A DNA stretch of 64,000 nt from Tubiluchus corallicola. Taxonomy: Eukaryota > Animalia > Priapulida. Location: assembly GCA_030141605.1 (NCBI GenBank), contig JAQGDQ010000430.1, positions 135,128-199,127 on the forward strand. The letters run 5' to 3'. Position numbers and translations under genes: made by a program. Shown piece by piece: positions 13,205 to 27,049 of the stretch. How positions within the stretch are numbered: the first letter of the stretch is position 1; every line of letters starts with the position of its first letter. A model generated the notes under the pieces. The model had not been told where the DNA came from and made no database searches. It saw only the letters and a program-made list of their open reading frames with translations.

Positions 13205-14935
13205 AGTCTCTGAATCAGCGGTGTTGATGATGCCACATTATAGCGGAGCAGGTGGCAAGGACACGCGCCCCTGCGTGTTGATGGGATCTCCGTCCCAGAA
13301 GAGACCGTCATAACAGTTAACCACGACTGATTACCGTCGATAAGGTCAACTAGGAGAGATAAACAAAGACACTTCCGATTTGAATGATTTATGCGAGATT
13401 GATTGCGATTATGAATTATAAATCACTACAAAATGTGAAATCAAAATGCGTCACGGTGGTCTATGGTAATCATTCTTTCTGTAGGTTGAGATATCGCATA
13501 ATTATCTTTCAAACGTTCTGGAAAGATTTTAGCAAAATACAGAAGAAATGTGCTAACTTGAAAATGAATCTTAACGTCAAGTAAAGGAGCAATTAACAAA
13601 ATGTGCTATAAAAATTAGAAAAAAATATAACATTTCATTCAAAACTGTCTGAACGAATTGTAGAGTTTGAACTGTAAATTTGTATTGTGAAACTTAGTAG
13701 CTTGCCAAATAATTCAATAGTGTAAAAGAACTTTTTCATCTAGAACTAAATTTTGTCGAAGGTGCTCTTGATTACTGCACCAAAAATTTAATATATTTAG
13801 TACTATTGTCAAAAAAATAAGGCAAATTTTCACAATTTCTTTAAAACTGTGTCGAATTACACAAATTCGAAACAAATAGCAAAAAAACATCATTGTGAGA
13901 TTGTGACTCCTTTGTTTATTGCATAAAGTTCTGTCTGAGAAAAAGTTATGCTTTTGTTGTAGGCACTCTGGTCCTCTAGGAAACAGTGTGACTCCTTCCA
14001 CTAAATACTAAGAGCTACCCAAAACTGCCATAGAAACACATAACGAAATAAATGCACAATTTTTTTCGAGATTTTATTCATAAAAAATACGAAAACTTGA
14101 AATTGAAATGCTCTTTGGATCAAAGACCTTGAAACGAAATGTTTGATCATGCCTAATCCGAATTCTGTCTCATGTGCTAAAACCCATAGCTAAATACCGT
14201 CATTCGTGAGGCTGGAGTTACATGAAGTATCAAGTTTACAAGTCTATAGGTTTACTTGCAGGTTTAGAGGTTTCCAGGTTTGCAGGTATCTCACGAGCTG
14301 CAACATTCATTACATTTCGACCACCGTCAGTTTCTATGCCATTTGTTGAGTCGTAAATGTATTTATTTGCTCGTAAAAGTCATTTGTGTGAGCTTGACAA
14401 GAGCCTCGCGGTGGCCTTTTACCTGTTTGCACAGTCACGGAATCTCGGCCGAGCAAGCATTAAAAACTTTAACACCGAGCTGGCTAGTCGTTTCCTTACA
14501 TTTAAGTTGTTTCATTATAAAAACTTTCCCACTTTCTAACGTTATTTCCCGTTTATTTGCCGTGTTCCCAAGGAAACTTAATCAATGTACTTTCACGTGC
14601 ACACGAATCCTGTGCAAACCAAGCATAACTTAAAATATGATCAGGAGAAGAGGAAATAGGCTTCAATGTTAAGTGTCGTTTAAACTTTTTTGTTTCTGCA
14701 AAAACTAGTCGTAGCAACACACGTGTTTGAACTTTGATTTGTATATTTATTTTTCTTCAAGTAACTTCTCATGTGATTGTTTTATTTTGTCTTTTTTTCA
14801 ATTTTTGTTATTTACTGGTAATCTGACATATTATATTGCGCTTGCAATCTTTCCTTCGATTCCTCGTTACCCTAAGTGAAAGTAATTAGCTTACTCTAAG
14901 TAGGCTTTATACCACATATTGTTTTCGTCTCCAAG

Positions 14936-15390
<455 letters not shown>

Positions 15391-17899
15391 AGAACAACAT
15401 TTAATCGCAGTCATCAAGTAACTCTGACGGCAGTAAATGTATCAGGTGCTCGACCACCAACATGAGTCATTACTTTTATTACCTCGCCCCTGCTTCACTT
15501 GACTGACAAATGACAGTAAAAGGAAATAGTAAAGCAGTGGAAACGTCTTGGCATGCAAGAGTTAAGAAGCAAGGTATTGTCAGCTCACAGGTTTACAACT
15601 ACTACTAACACTTTCCTTGTATTATTTATACCTGTTAGACCAACACATAAAATAATAATGCCGAATTCCTTTTGCTACACCGCAGCCGACGGTTGCCTCT
15701 GAAATATTTTTATTGGTTGCGGCGAAAAGGTTTTCACACAATAAAATACATTTTTATAATTGTAAAATTGCTTCAAAAGTCATGCGCTCTCTTCTTGGCT
15801 GATTGCAATGTCCTTAGACATAGTGTCAGACTGGTACCTAGCTCTAATTGTTTTCCTTTGTCTAGTATGCCATACTAACGCGTTTGCTTCACCTGGGGCG
15901 CTATCTACTAAAATTAATGTAAAACCGATAAAAGTGCGCTTGCGTTTAAGAACTGTTTTATTTTTGTCATTAGTACACTTTGTATATCACCAAACTATTT
16001 TATTATTATTATACACACTCATTTTTGCAGTGTATTTTAATTTAAGCAATAAATTTAAGCTGTAATAAACCTATACATAATATAATTTCACATTTTAATT
16101 CACTCAATAACTTGTGGTGCCTTGTACAGCTTTAGTACAGCCAAGAAGTGTGGCTGAAATCAGTGTGAATAAAAACATTTTGATTCCGCATATCTTATGT
16201 ATGTTGTTTTTTATTTCTGTTTAAGCTTTTTTTGGCTGACAATTACATCCCCTTCTTTACATAGGGAGTTCGTCGTAGCACACTATATTCCTTCACTGTA
16301 GCCCTGCAGAACAGCAAAATGAACACCTTTACAAGCTCTGTTTGTTTCCAGAACCTACTGCTGGGCATGCCCTACCACTGGTAACTTACGGCTAGCATAG
16401 CACGAAAGTTAAGCCAGTTGGGCGCATTGTCTTCAGCAAAGATCTTGCCTCAAAGCTCGCCGACTCGCTTGTTCAGAGTTTTTGAGCAGATAAAGCTGGA
16501 TGAGGATTATACGGTTTATACCTCAGCACGCACTGGGGCAACGTTTAAAGAACAAGCAGGCTTAGAGAGATTTTATTTCTGCCAACAAGGCAGCCTAGTT
16601 GCTCCTGAGCTTATTCTCGTGACAATGACACCAATGGCCAGTGAGTGAGCTGCATAGTTTTTACGAAACCGGTGTCGCACAAGGAGCCATAGCCTGTCCC
16701 TTCATTTTTAATATTGAAATCAATGAACTGTACATGTGTATAAAGCAAAACAATGATGCTTGACAAACTCCTAGTGAAAATTATTACAGAGAATTTGTTT
16801 ATTTATTTCCCTATTGTACTATTTATATACATGGACAACAGTAGGACAAAACAAAATATTTACTATACAGACATTCAGTTACTAGACGAAATTATTTATT
16901 ACATGGTAACAGTGATCGTGACATTATTTTAATAAGTTCTTCTATACATACTGCTGAGTCTCTTGATCTTGGGTAACTATTTAGCAAAAGTTTATTTCAA
17001 AATATTATAATGCCATCTACTGACTTGCCTAATTCCTGCTGCCTGCATATGCTCATTACATATAAGATATATACTTCGCCCTATTTCTGTTTTTTTCGTA
17101 TTTATTCAGTGAAGCTAATTATGAAACATTAGCTGGATAAAATTAATGTTATCAGCTTACGATTATTAGTTTATGCTAACTGAACATGCCAACACTTACA
17201 AATGTCAGGCTGTGAGCTGGATTGAATTAAGAACTGCTACGACGACAAAGGCATGTTCATTTAACGCCAATCTAAAAGCAGCTTCTTATTGGAAACCAAA
17301 CTCAGATACGAGTTATTCATGCTTCTTTTTCGGTGAATTTTGGATTTAAAAAATAATAATGTAATCGTACGTTCATTCCTTCGTTAATCTAGTTTTCATT
17401 AATGGCAGTTACTGTTAGGTTATCTGATTTCGTTTTGTTTTAATAATTGTTTTGCAGTTAACAAACCATGCTTTTCACTTAATGTTCCTTTCTGCATACA
17501 ACAAGGAATTTATGCTCAGGGCTATGTTTAGCCTGTAGTTGTACATAACAAAACAGAAGCATTTACTTACTATAGAGATAGTCATCTGGATTGTGCGATG
17601 TAAGCGGATTTAACGAAATCCCGTTTAAAGTTCACTTTTCAGTGAGAAAAATTCTTGAACATTGTAGCTTAATATAAGCGCATAAACGCTGATTTAAAAA
17701 GCATGAAGTGACAACTGTAAAATGGATGTCCTACACTTGCCCCTCCCCTCCACCGTCAAAGTTCCACACTCACTCTATAATTTTGGACTGCTGTCTGTTA
17801 ATCCGGTATCAACCGCATTTTATAGGTTTTAAATTTTTGAAGCTACAGCACATTCCCATTTTTGAATATTGTGTAGACATGTTTAAATCGGAGTATCGC

Positions 17900-18074
17900 T
17901 ACCACTGCCACCAACAACAAAAATACCACTAACCACCTCCACCAGAATGTCACCAAAACCACCACCACCACCACTACGACCGCCACCACTCAACAACAAC
18001 ATAACACATCAACAGCAACAACAGCAGCAACAGCAGCAACAAGAATAACAATAACAACAATAACAACAACAATA
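17900..18074. repeat. Compound (CCA)n/(CAA/CAG)n low-complexity repeat
   Basis: Trinucleotide runs of CCA, then AAC/AGC. Confidence 0.85.
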
Positions 18075-18120
18075 ATCACACTAACATGCAGTTTATCTAG
18101 TAAGAGCCAAAAGCCTGAAT

Positions 18121-18723
18121 TTAAAGGAATACAAGATGATTTTTGTTCGTTTAGGCTCGGTTTGGCAAAAAAGTATGCATTTCGGGAGCAAATGGAAACG
18201 CGAAAACGCTTCTGTTAATCAAACAATAAGCCAAAAACTTGCTTAACGGCAGGCGAGCCCAATTAATGATGACATCACAACTGAACATAATTTTCAAAAG
18301 TACAAACATTCCACAAGCATGTTGCACGTGTTTGCAAAAGCGAAAATTGAAGTACAGTGCAACTGTAGAACATTCAGTGTAATATACTAAAACTCAGCAA
18401 ATTTTAAGTTTAAAATTCAAATTTCAAGTTTAACTCTATGTTCGTGCATGAGTTCTCCAACTTGTGCACTACGTCACAAATGAACTGAGAGAACTGTTTT
18501 TGTGCAATGCATTTCTGAGATTTAGGCGGTAGTGCCCATCAAACTAGCGAATACTGGAATGTTGTAAGAGCGAAAAAGTAGCCGCGCGAAAGTATTTATT
18601 GCTATTCTGTTGTAATGATTCTTTCACGTACGTCATTCTTGAAAAAAATACGGTCCCTTTCAGTATTTTGTAAGACAGGTCGTTTTGAGCTACAGTTTAA
18701 GACGAGGTCCAATTTTCCTTTAA
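18121..18723 (+). mobile_element. Kolobok-type non-autonomous DNA transposon (MITE), full length
   Basis: TTAA|AGGAATACAAG ... CCAATTTTCCT|TTAA; the body is homologous to copies at 21.5, 25.2 and 43.3 kb. TTAA flanks with AGG..CCT termini are characteristic of Kolobok/T2-type elements. Confidence 0.85.
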
Positions 18724-21496
18724 TTAATAACATAAAAATCTACGTTCACTTATGCATTTGACATCCTCCAAACTCCAAACTGCCAACACTTGGTGATCCT
18801 AAAAAGCAGTCCCACACAAAATTCATGCAAGTGAACGAAGTGCATCAAGACCTGTAATTATGGTGTCACCCTTAACTCCCTCCCCACCCACCAGCTACAA
18901 TCAAACTGACTCAAAACACGCTATTTCTCGAACGCGTTCCTTACAATGGGGGGAATTAGCAGCAGTTTGTTAGAGAATGGACAACAGCAAGGAGTTTATA
19001 TTCCCTTGCGGGTCCCACGAGGATAATTATTGACCCAGCATTGACCACCGGTGCGGAATGTAAAAGAACAGTGGTGGTTAGGAAATAGGCTTATCTTTAC
19101 AACCTGGGAATTGCTTGAATGCCTTATAATTCTGCAACAATGATAATTAAATGGATATTCTAATTCATCTAGTCACGACTGGAGCGTGAAACCTACTCTG
19201 GATAACGTGGAATAATGTATTACCCGTTAACAATTTGCAAAATAAGTGGTATTTTTTTTTTATTTAAGACCTTACGCCAAGGTTCACCTGATGTCACATG
19301 CCCTGCCTTCTAATCTTCGTAATTAGAAGTTTATAGTTCATAGTTTATTAGAGCCATGAACGCTTAATCACTGTTGTAACGACCTGGTCTTCTCTTACGA
19401 TATGGAGGGCATCCTACACGAGTTTCCGGAAAGCCTCTTCAAGCATAGTCGATGGTAGCTGGGGGTACACCATCAGAAGAAGTTTGCATATGTAACACAT
19501 GGATAGCTAACCAATTCACAGAAAAGTTCGTATGATAAATATTAACACTTAAAGACAACTATCTTTTTAATTAATTAATATGCTTATCTTATTGTAAGGT
19601 AGTTATTACTTATACACTTTGTCTTTCAAAGACAAAGAAATACTTTGTATTCCTATTATCTTTGTAACGAAAGGACTTTTGTATCAGTTTTGCTATCTGT
19701 CCAAAGGTTGTAAAATAAACATGTTTAAACTAAACACTAACTCAAAATATTACGGTTTCAAAATTATACTAAGAACATAACATAAGCAATACAACAAACG
19801 TTACCGTTACAACACGGATTACAATACAAGTTCACAAAACACAATACAATTACAGCAAATAAATATATTTGAATTTATTTTTAAGCTGAGTTTATTTCAG
19901 AATTTCTTCCATATAAAGTAATTAAAACAGTAGTAAAACAGAAATTAAAAGCATATTGAAGAAAAGGTACAGATCTATACAAAAGTTAATAAAAGCACAG
20001 ACTCGCAATGCCTAAACGATACACGTATCGGCTGCAATTATACATAAACACCGTCAGTAAAACATTTTGTAAAATTGTTGAAGTCTATACAAGTTAGATA
20101 TTTTTTAATTAACTGTGGTAACTAGTTGAATTAACCTCAAAAGAGCAATCTTAGTAAGCGCGTGGTTTAAATGGTTACTTGTGGGCGCAGATGTCGCTGA
20201 CATGATTTTATTTTACTGAAAATTATTTTATTTAATTATTTAAGTCTCATAAAACGAAGGTATTTTAACTTGTTTGTATTGCTTGGGACTTTTATGGCCA
20301 GGAAACGAAAGTATATTTTTGCGTCAAATTTATATACGGCACAATTAGCATATTCAAGGGTGGAAATATTTTAACAGAGGTTCTTCTGAACCTGTTAGCT
20401 AATCCTTTTAATTTTCTATTGCTTTTTCTCTTCAAACGTACATCTGTTGCATATCAGGTCCGTTTCTTAATGAAATACTGTTTAAAACAATATGCACCAA
20501 GTGAAATTATGACCGTTGCCATTAAACTAATGTTCTAAATTATTTTAGTCTTATCCATTGTGAGCATAACTCATAAATTAATTTCTTCTGCTGCGCTCAT
20601 AGCACTGTAATGCATTGTTAATTAGTAATATTATTACTTTTACTTTTGTATGTGCTAAATGGATGAATAAATAAAGTTAAATGTAAATTTAAAATAAAGG
20701 GATTTTTCCACTTATTTGCCTGCTTACGCGGTGTTTGAAATTTAAATGGAACGATAGCTTCATTTTATTTATTTTCAAACAAAGTTTATTTTTGAATAAG
20801 ACATTTACACATTGAATGAAATATATTGAATGAGACATTTACACATCATATGAGGTCAATATCTACATGAAAGAACAGTTACAGAAAGCAGCCTTAACTT
20901 CGAGTCTCGCCTCCTTTTTTTGAGTTTGGATGTTCTTTATGCACGCAGGCAACTTGAGAACTCTAACAGAAGAAAACCCTGGCAGCTTAGATGTTGTGAA
21001 GCAAGTCACATTCGCATCTCAAGAGTGTCAGGATAAAATAACATCGCATTCCAGCACACAATAGCGCTTTCTCTCGAGTGCCTGTTGGCCAAACCAACTA
21101 ACTCCAAATTACGCCTGAATTTGAAATGTCTGCGAGCTCCATTGAGTTAACTAACAAAATCCAAATCTAAAGTGTTTTGCCAAGACACAGTGGGACTGTT
21201 GTTGAGGGGGAGAATAGGCCTGGAATAACACAATGGCTCAAGTTGCTTAAGGGAATGCCTATAGCCTGGCTTAAAGCTTGGGTAAGGTTGAAGACAAGCG
21301 TTGCAATATTAACGAATGGTGATAAATGATGTGGCTAAACAAACATAGAATGAGCTGAAATTATCGCAGTAATTATAAGATAATGGAGACGTGATGATTG
21401 TCGTTCTTATCTTCTTAACAATCATCACCTTGTAAGCGGCAGAAAAAAGATCTAGAAACAACCTCTTACAGTCTCACTTTAATTACTTTCTTATTC

Positions 21497-22132
21497 TTAA
21501 AGGAAGACAGGATGATTTTTCATATACTGTTCTATGTTATAGTCCGATAAAAAGTATGATCTTAACGCAGTTAATACTGTAAAAGCGTTTGTGATAATTA
21601 AGTAATAGATTAAAAACTTAATTAACGGCGGACGAGCCCAACTATTGATGACAAATCAAAAACTGACATAATTTTCAACAGCAAAAATATTTCACGTGCG
21701 TGTTGCACCTGTTCGCGAAAGCGAAAATTGAAGTACAGTGCTACTCAGAAGTAAGATATTCAGTGTGTTGTACTAAAACTAGGCAAGTTTTAAGATAAAA
21801 ATTCAAACTTCAAATTTTAAGCAGTGCTCACGCATGAGCTGTCGAACGTTTGCAGTTCGTCACAAACTAACACGTCTGAACTGAGAGGTACAGCATCTGT
21901 TTTTGTGGAATGCGTTTCCGAAATTCTGGCGCTAGTGCCCGTCTAATTAGCGAATGACGAAATGCATGTAACAGCGAAGAGCTACGTAGTGACGCAAACG
22001 TGAAATTACGATTGTGTGATAACAATCTTTCACGTAAGTGATTTTTGAAAAAAAAATAGTATGTTTTTTCAATATTTCAAGAGTAAATATTTTTTAACTT
22101 ACAGTTTAAGATTTGGACTGGTTTTGCTTTAA
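21497..22132 (+). mobile_element. Kolobok-type MITE, full length
   Basis: TTAA|AGGAAGACAGG ... CTGGTTTTGCT|TTAA; shared body motifs TTAACGGCGGACGAGCCCAACT, AAAGCGAAAATTGAAGTACAGTGC and GAACTGAGAGGTACAGCA. Confidence 0.85.
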
Positions 22133-22436
22133 AATAATAGTAGCTTTTCTTGAAGGATTTTAAGGTTCTGTCTTTAGTAAGGTGCTGACACGACTTTAAC
22201 TCTGGTTGTTCTAGTCGTTCAACTCTAATTTAGCAGGTCTAGCATCGAACATAGCATTCAGTGGCAGAACCATGCTTAATGTAAAGGGTTATGGCAGGAC
22301 TGAGACTTAGGTAATCAAAACGGATCATCCTTTAACCTCTAAAATGAAGTACATGCAGAGATATCTCATCCAATTTTGGATACATCATCATCCCTCATAG
22401 AGACAAGTGGTCGGGGGAGGGAGAGAAAATAGACAG

Positions 22437-22525
22437 AAAAAGCTTCCCCGAAATCAATTTTTCTTTTGGTCATCCATCCATTAAACTCTGCACAGCGCAG
22501 CTTAACTTTTGGTCGCTGAGAACAC
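22437..22525 (-). pseudogene. Possible 5S rRNA-derived relic
   Basis: GGTCATCCATCCA ... GCAGCTTAACTT resembles the antisense of the 5S internal control region (GGTC(A/T)CCCATCCAAGTACT...CTGCTTA(A/G)CTT) with about the right spacing; heavily decayed. Confidence 0.4.
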
Positions 22526-23738
22526 ACAACGTAACCATTCGCTTAATCCTCATTTATTTTTACTGTCTTTTCCTCATAACTAAGTCTTATGTGCCCTTCC
22601 GTTTCAATTGTAGTTTATCTTAAATTTTGTTCTTCGCAATCATATTGATTTAGAAAATGTCTCGCTTTTAATGATTAAAGCAAAAATATTTACGAAGTTC
22701 TTCGTCCTATTTAGAATGTCCAGAGCGAAGATAAAATATTTGCAAAGCAAATAAGCGTCTTATTTAAAATGTCAGGAATAAATAAATTGTTACCTAATGT
22801 GGTAAATGAGTGAAGCAGAATTAATGTAAACATATTTTGACATTCTTACGTACGTTTTGACAATTAAAAAAAGAGTACTTCAACTGAGTAAACCGATTAA
22901 AATTTCAGGCTGAAGGAGTCCCAAATTGCATATAGAGTAATGTTAATATAACTGTTTGTGGCGTGTTACTATAGCGCAAAATTGTCGAACTGCTTAAAGC
23001 ATCACGCGACAGTTCAGTCGTATAATTTCTGTGACTTGTAAATAAAAAATGCCCCTCTGTTTGATATAAGGTTGCATCACTGTTTAAGATGTACATGTAT
23101 CAGTTAATATAAGGTCGTTGCCCTCAATAAACACAATTAGCCCTAAATGAAAAAATTGAAATTGTAAATGCTTATATTTCGGAAGATACACTAAAACATT
23201 ATAGAGTTTGCCCTAATATAGTACATACGCAATATGAAGTTGTGAACATGCAACGCATTTTGATTTGTAATTTATAAAGTTTGTGTCAAGAGCTATTTCG
23301 ATTGTAGAGTACAACTGAATTAAGTTAATATCCTCCATTATTGTCAGACCTGCTGGAAGTGCATGTTACTTGTAAAGTGATCCTTGCTTGGTAGGAAGGT
23401 CCCCTCGCACGCAATTTAAATATTCGCCATTTAAATGACAATAAAACAAAGGACCCTGCAGCTGAGTTGACGGTAAAGATACTTTGTCACGGATTCGCAA
23501 AATTTGGTGTCGTTCATGCTTCTTATTTATGCAGCCCGACTGGGGATTTGTGCAGTTCCCTGGTGGGTTAATCAACCAGCTGCCCAAGCAGCTACGTCAT
23601 GTGTAGATTGTAAAGCTTTTCTATGGCTATAGAAAGCACCGTAGTCTTCTATGTAGTATTTGCCGCGTTAACTAAATACAGTTAAGGCAAGTATTCAACC
23701 GTTGCAGAGGTTTACTAATTTTGCCATTATCAATACTA

Positions 23739-24299
23739 AAATGTGAAACAAAGCCTTCTCAACTTTTACAAATCTAAAACAATGCTCTTTACTCCTTGAA
23801 AACAGATCGAGAATGTGAAACAGTGTTTTCACATTTCACTGTTTTCTAACAAATCTAGATTTTGAAACAATGCATTTCAATATTCTTGCAGATCTAGACT
23901 TTGAAAAAGTGTATTTCAATCTTTCTTAAAAATCTGCACTTTTAGCAATGCATTTCAATCTTTTTACAAATCTAAAAACAATTCGTTTCACTCGTTTTTT
24001 ACAAATTTAGATATTAGACTTAGAAATATTTTTTACAAAAATAGATTAACATTTTAAATTTTGATAAATGGCTAGTCTACGGTTTTAAAAGCTAATTTCT
24101 AGATTTGTAAAAAAAGTGTGAAGTTCGTTATTTCAAAGTCTAAATTTGTAAGAACAGAGTTAAAGACACTGTTTCACATTCGCAATTTAAAAAAAAGAGT
24201 TAAAGGCATTGTTTCAGGTTCTAATTTGTTTGAAAAGAGTAAAAAGTATTGTTTTCCATTCTCTATTTGCAGAAAAGAAATGAAAAACATTGTTTCATA
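23739..24299. mobile_element. Foldback-like element: tandem ~37-40-bp subrepeats in two inverted arms
   Basis: The left arm repeats ACAAATCTAGA.T.TGAAACAATG..TTTCA and the right arm repeats the reverse complement. For example AATGTGAAACAGTGT (~23813) pairs with ACACTGTTTCACATT (~24166). Confidence 0.7.
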
Positions 24300-24861
24300 G
24301 TCATGATCCTGGAATATTTTAATCAGAAAATATTTAAAATTGCTTTATAAATGATTTCTAGCAGTTCTGTGTGGTTCTCTAGCAATGTTGATAAATATAT
24401 TTTAAAAATCATGCCCAAAATTTGCATTTGCAAAAGTCCTTTGTGTCTTATTATCAAGGTCTATAAGGCTTAGATATAATTGAGCACATGGACGCACCTT
24501 GTCAAAGATTTTTATCAGACTTACGTTAATTTTCAAGACGCCTGCAAGTTGAACCGCATCTTAATTGCTGCAGTGGAGTAAGAGTTATCTTTACCTTGCC
24601 GACATGACCTGTTAGACGGCTTCCGTCAGTTAGTGGCTTCCCGGGTCGTTTCCTGCAGAAGTAGTGGTTTCCTGTGGTGAGAGCCCTGGTGTGAACTTGG
24701 CTTTGATTGATACAGTGCCGCCGAAATGACAGGCGGGCTTTCAAGAGGTAGCACAGCGGGACAAAATCATAAAATGTTGTCTTTCCAGCAGTTTCTGTCC
24801 GTGAAAGTTCATAGCATCTCTTCAAGACTCGAGTTCTAGAAACTTTCTATAATCAGTGACG

Positions 24862-24933
24862 ATCATCGTCATCATCATCGTCGTCATTATCATCATCATC
24901 GTCGTCATCGTCATCATCATCATCATCATCATC

Positions 24934-24983
<50 letters not shown>
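24862..24983. repeat. (TCA/TCG)n microsatellite
   Basis: Trinucleotide run giving the poly-D pseudo-ORF. Confidence 0.95.
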
Positions 24984-25187
24984 TGTCAATTGTCATTGCC
25001 TTTACCAAGTCCTCAACGACCACTAGGAGGCTTAGAGCTTCTTCAATGGTCACCTCAGTCGCTCATTGTCTCGTCTTAATGAGGGTTAACTTGATAGTGA
25101 TCTAGAGTCCGGTTCCACCACAAACATTCGAAACAAAGATTTGGAAGGAATAATTATCGTGTAATAGAGATCATATTTATTAAAAAG

Positions 25188-25800
25188 TTAAAGGAAAACA
25201 TTATGATTTCTTTGTATCATACCTCATTTTGAAGTACGGCAAAGTATACATTTAAGACCGAAGAATGAAAAAACTGCTTCTGATAATTAAATATTAGGTT
25301 AAAAACTTTTTACTGCAGGCGACATCCAACTAGTGATGACATCACAATTGAACATAAATTTCAACAGCAGAAATATTCCACGAGCGTGTTGCACGTGTTT
25401 CCGAAAGCGAAAATTGTACAGTGCTATTATGTGATGCCAATGTGCAAAAATTAATTTAAGTTTAAAATTCCAATTTCAAATTTATCGTTGTGCTCACGCA
25501 TGAGCTTTCGGACATATATACTGCGTCACAATTGAACACTTGTGAACGAGAGGTACAGCACCAATTTTTTTGTACAACACGTTTCCGAGCTGCAGGCGCT
25601 AGTGCCCATCTAACTAACGAATACTGGAATGTTGTAAGAACGAGGAGTTAGCCGGTCGAACGAGAAATTTTGTTTCCGTGGAAATGATTCTTTCACGGAA
25701 GTCGTTCTTGAAAATATAGTAGGCTTGCGTCCCCTTTTAGTATTTTATGGGGCAGATCGTTTTGAACTATAGTTGAAGATTGTGTCCAGTTTTCCTTTAA
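25188..25800 (+). mobile_element. Kolobok-type MITE, full length
   Basis: TTAA|AGGAAAAC ... GTTTTCCT|TTAA (perfect 8-bp TIR with TTAA on both sides); homologous body. Confidence 0.88.
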
Positions 25801-27049
25801 TTGTTGGCTGAAATGATAAAATGTGAAATACTAGAAGGCATTGAAAAGTGGTTTGTGTTTAAACCAATTTATATAGCATTTACAGTAACGCATCGTTACG
25901 TAAGAAATGGGGCGTCGGCACTCTTGCTGACACAGCTTGCGCCCTCTCCAATAGCTTCCGCTTACTCCACCCACTAACAGGAAATGGACTACTCTCGCCC
26001 CTGGTTCCCACAGCTTCTCTTTCGACTGCTCCTCCTAGGACAGGAAGTGGTTTCCTCTTTCACCTTACTTGTTGAACGTGTTACGAACGTCAGTAGCGTC
26101 CTGTTAAAAAAGAGGTGTCAAACAACCGTCGGTTAAATGTTTAAACTTTAATTCATTCGTTATTTAAAATGCCTTTATTAATCACAGCGACTGGATGCAT
26201 CAAAGAGAGATAATACTACTTTCTGCTCTTAGAATAGCTTACATGTACGTGTGTATTGTAAGATAAAAAGTAGTGTAGTTAATGCATGTACGTAGCACAT
26301 ATATACAATTATGATATGTAGCACAAAGAATGCTTAAAACCTGTCAATCAACGAGTTACCATTTTGAAATGGTACATTAAAACTGATTTGTTATCATTGT
26401 TAGTACACAGCAGACGAACAAAACGCGTAATAGATACTATAACGTATTCACAACGCGATTGCTAAAAGCCGTACAGAAGTATCAAAACGCTCTGTCTGTT
26501 ACAGACACGCAATTGTAATTTTTAAGTAGCTTATACGACCATTTACCGATGAATTGAAATAAAGTTAAATCTCGTAATGTTTTTGCATTTTTGGTCCTAA
26601 TAGCGCCCTCTAGAAGAAGAAATATCCATATAAAAATAACTATTAAATATAACAACATAAATGTAAGGAGATACACGCAACTAACCTTCTGGGCACCTGA
26701 AGTATAATATAATTTTTTTGGTTTTTGCCACTAATTTCAATCAAAAATATTCTTATATTATTATTCTTTAACTTTCTGTTTAAAGGATTATCACATTAAA
26801 TTAAGTCCTACTATTCTATTCATTAAAAAGGTTATTTACTGACGTTGCCTGTGGGTACCTATGTGGTGTCTCTGATTTCTACTGCACTCTGGGTGCATTC
26901 ATCAAGGATATGTCTCTAGCCTATGTACATTACCATGTCGAGTCACTCAGAGCACACACATTTCGCCTGCGAATAATAACAAATCCTGAGGTTGTGTCAA
27001 TAAGCGGCTCGTTTTACTGTGTTTGGACAAAACCTTAGCTGATGATAGA

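Noticed and set aside
16418-16648. 76-aa ORF with coding-like composition
   Set aside because: No recognisable domain, non-ATG start and no convincing splice-site pair keeping a frame open.
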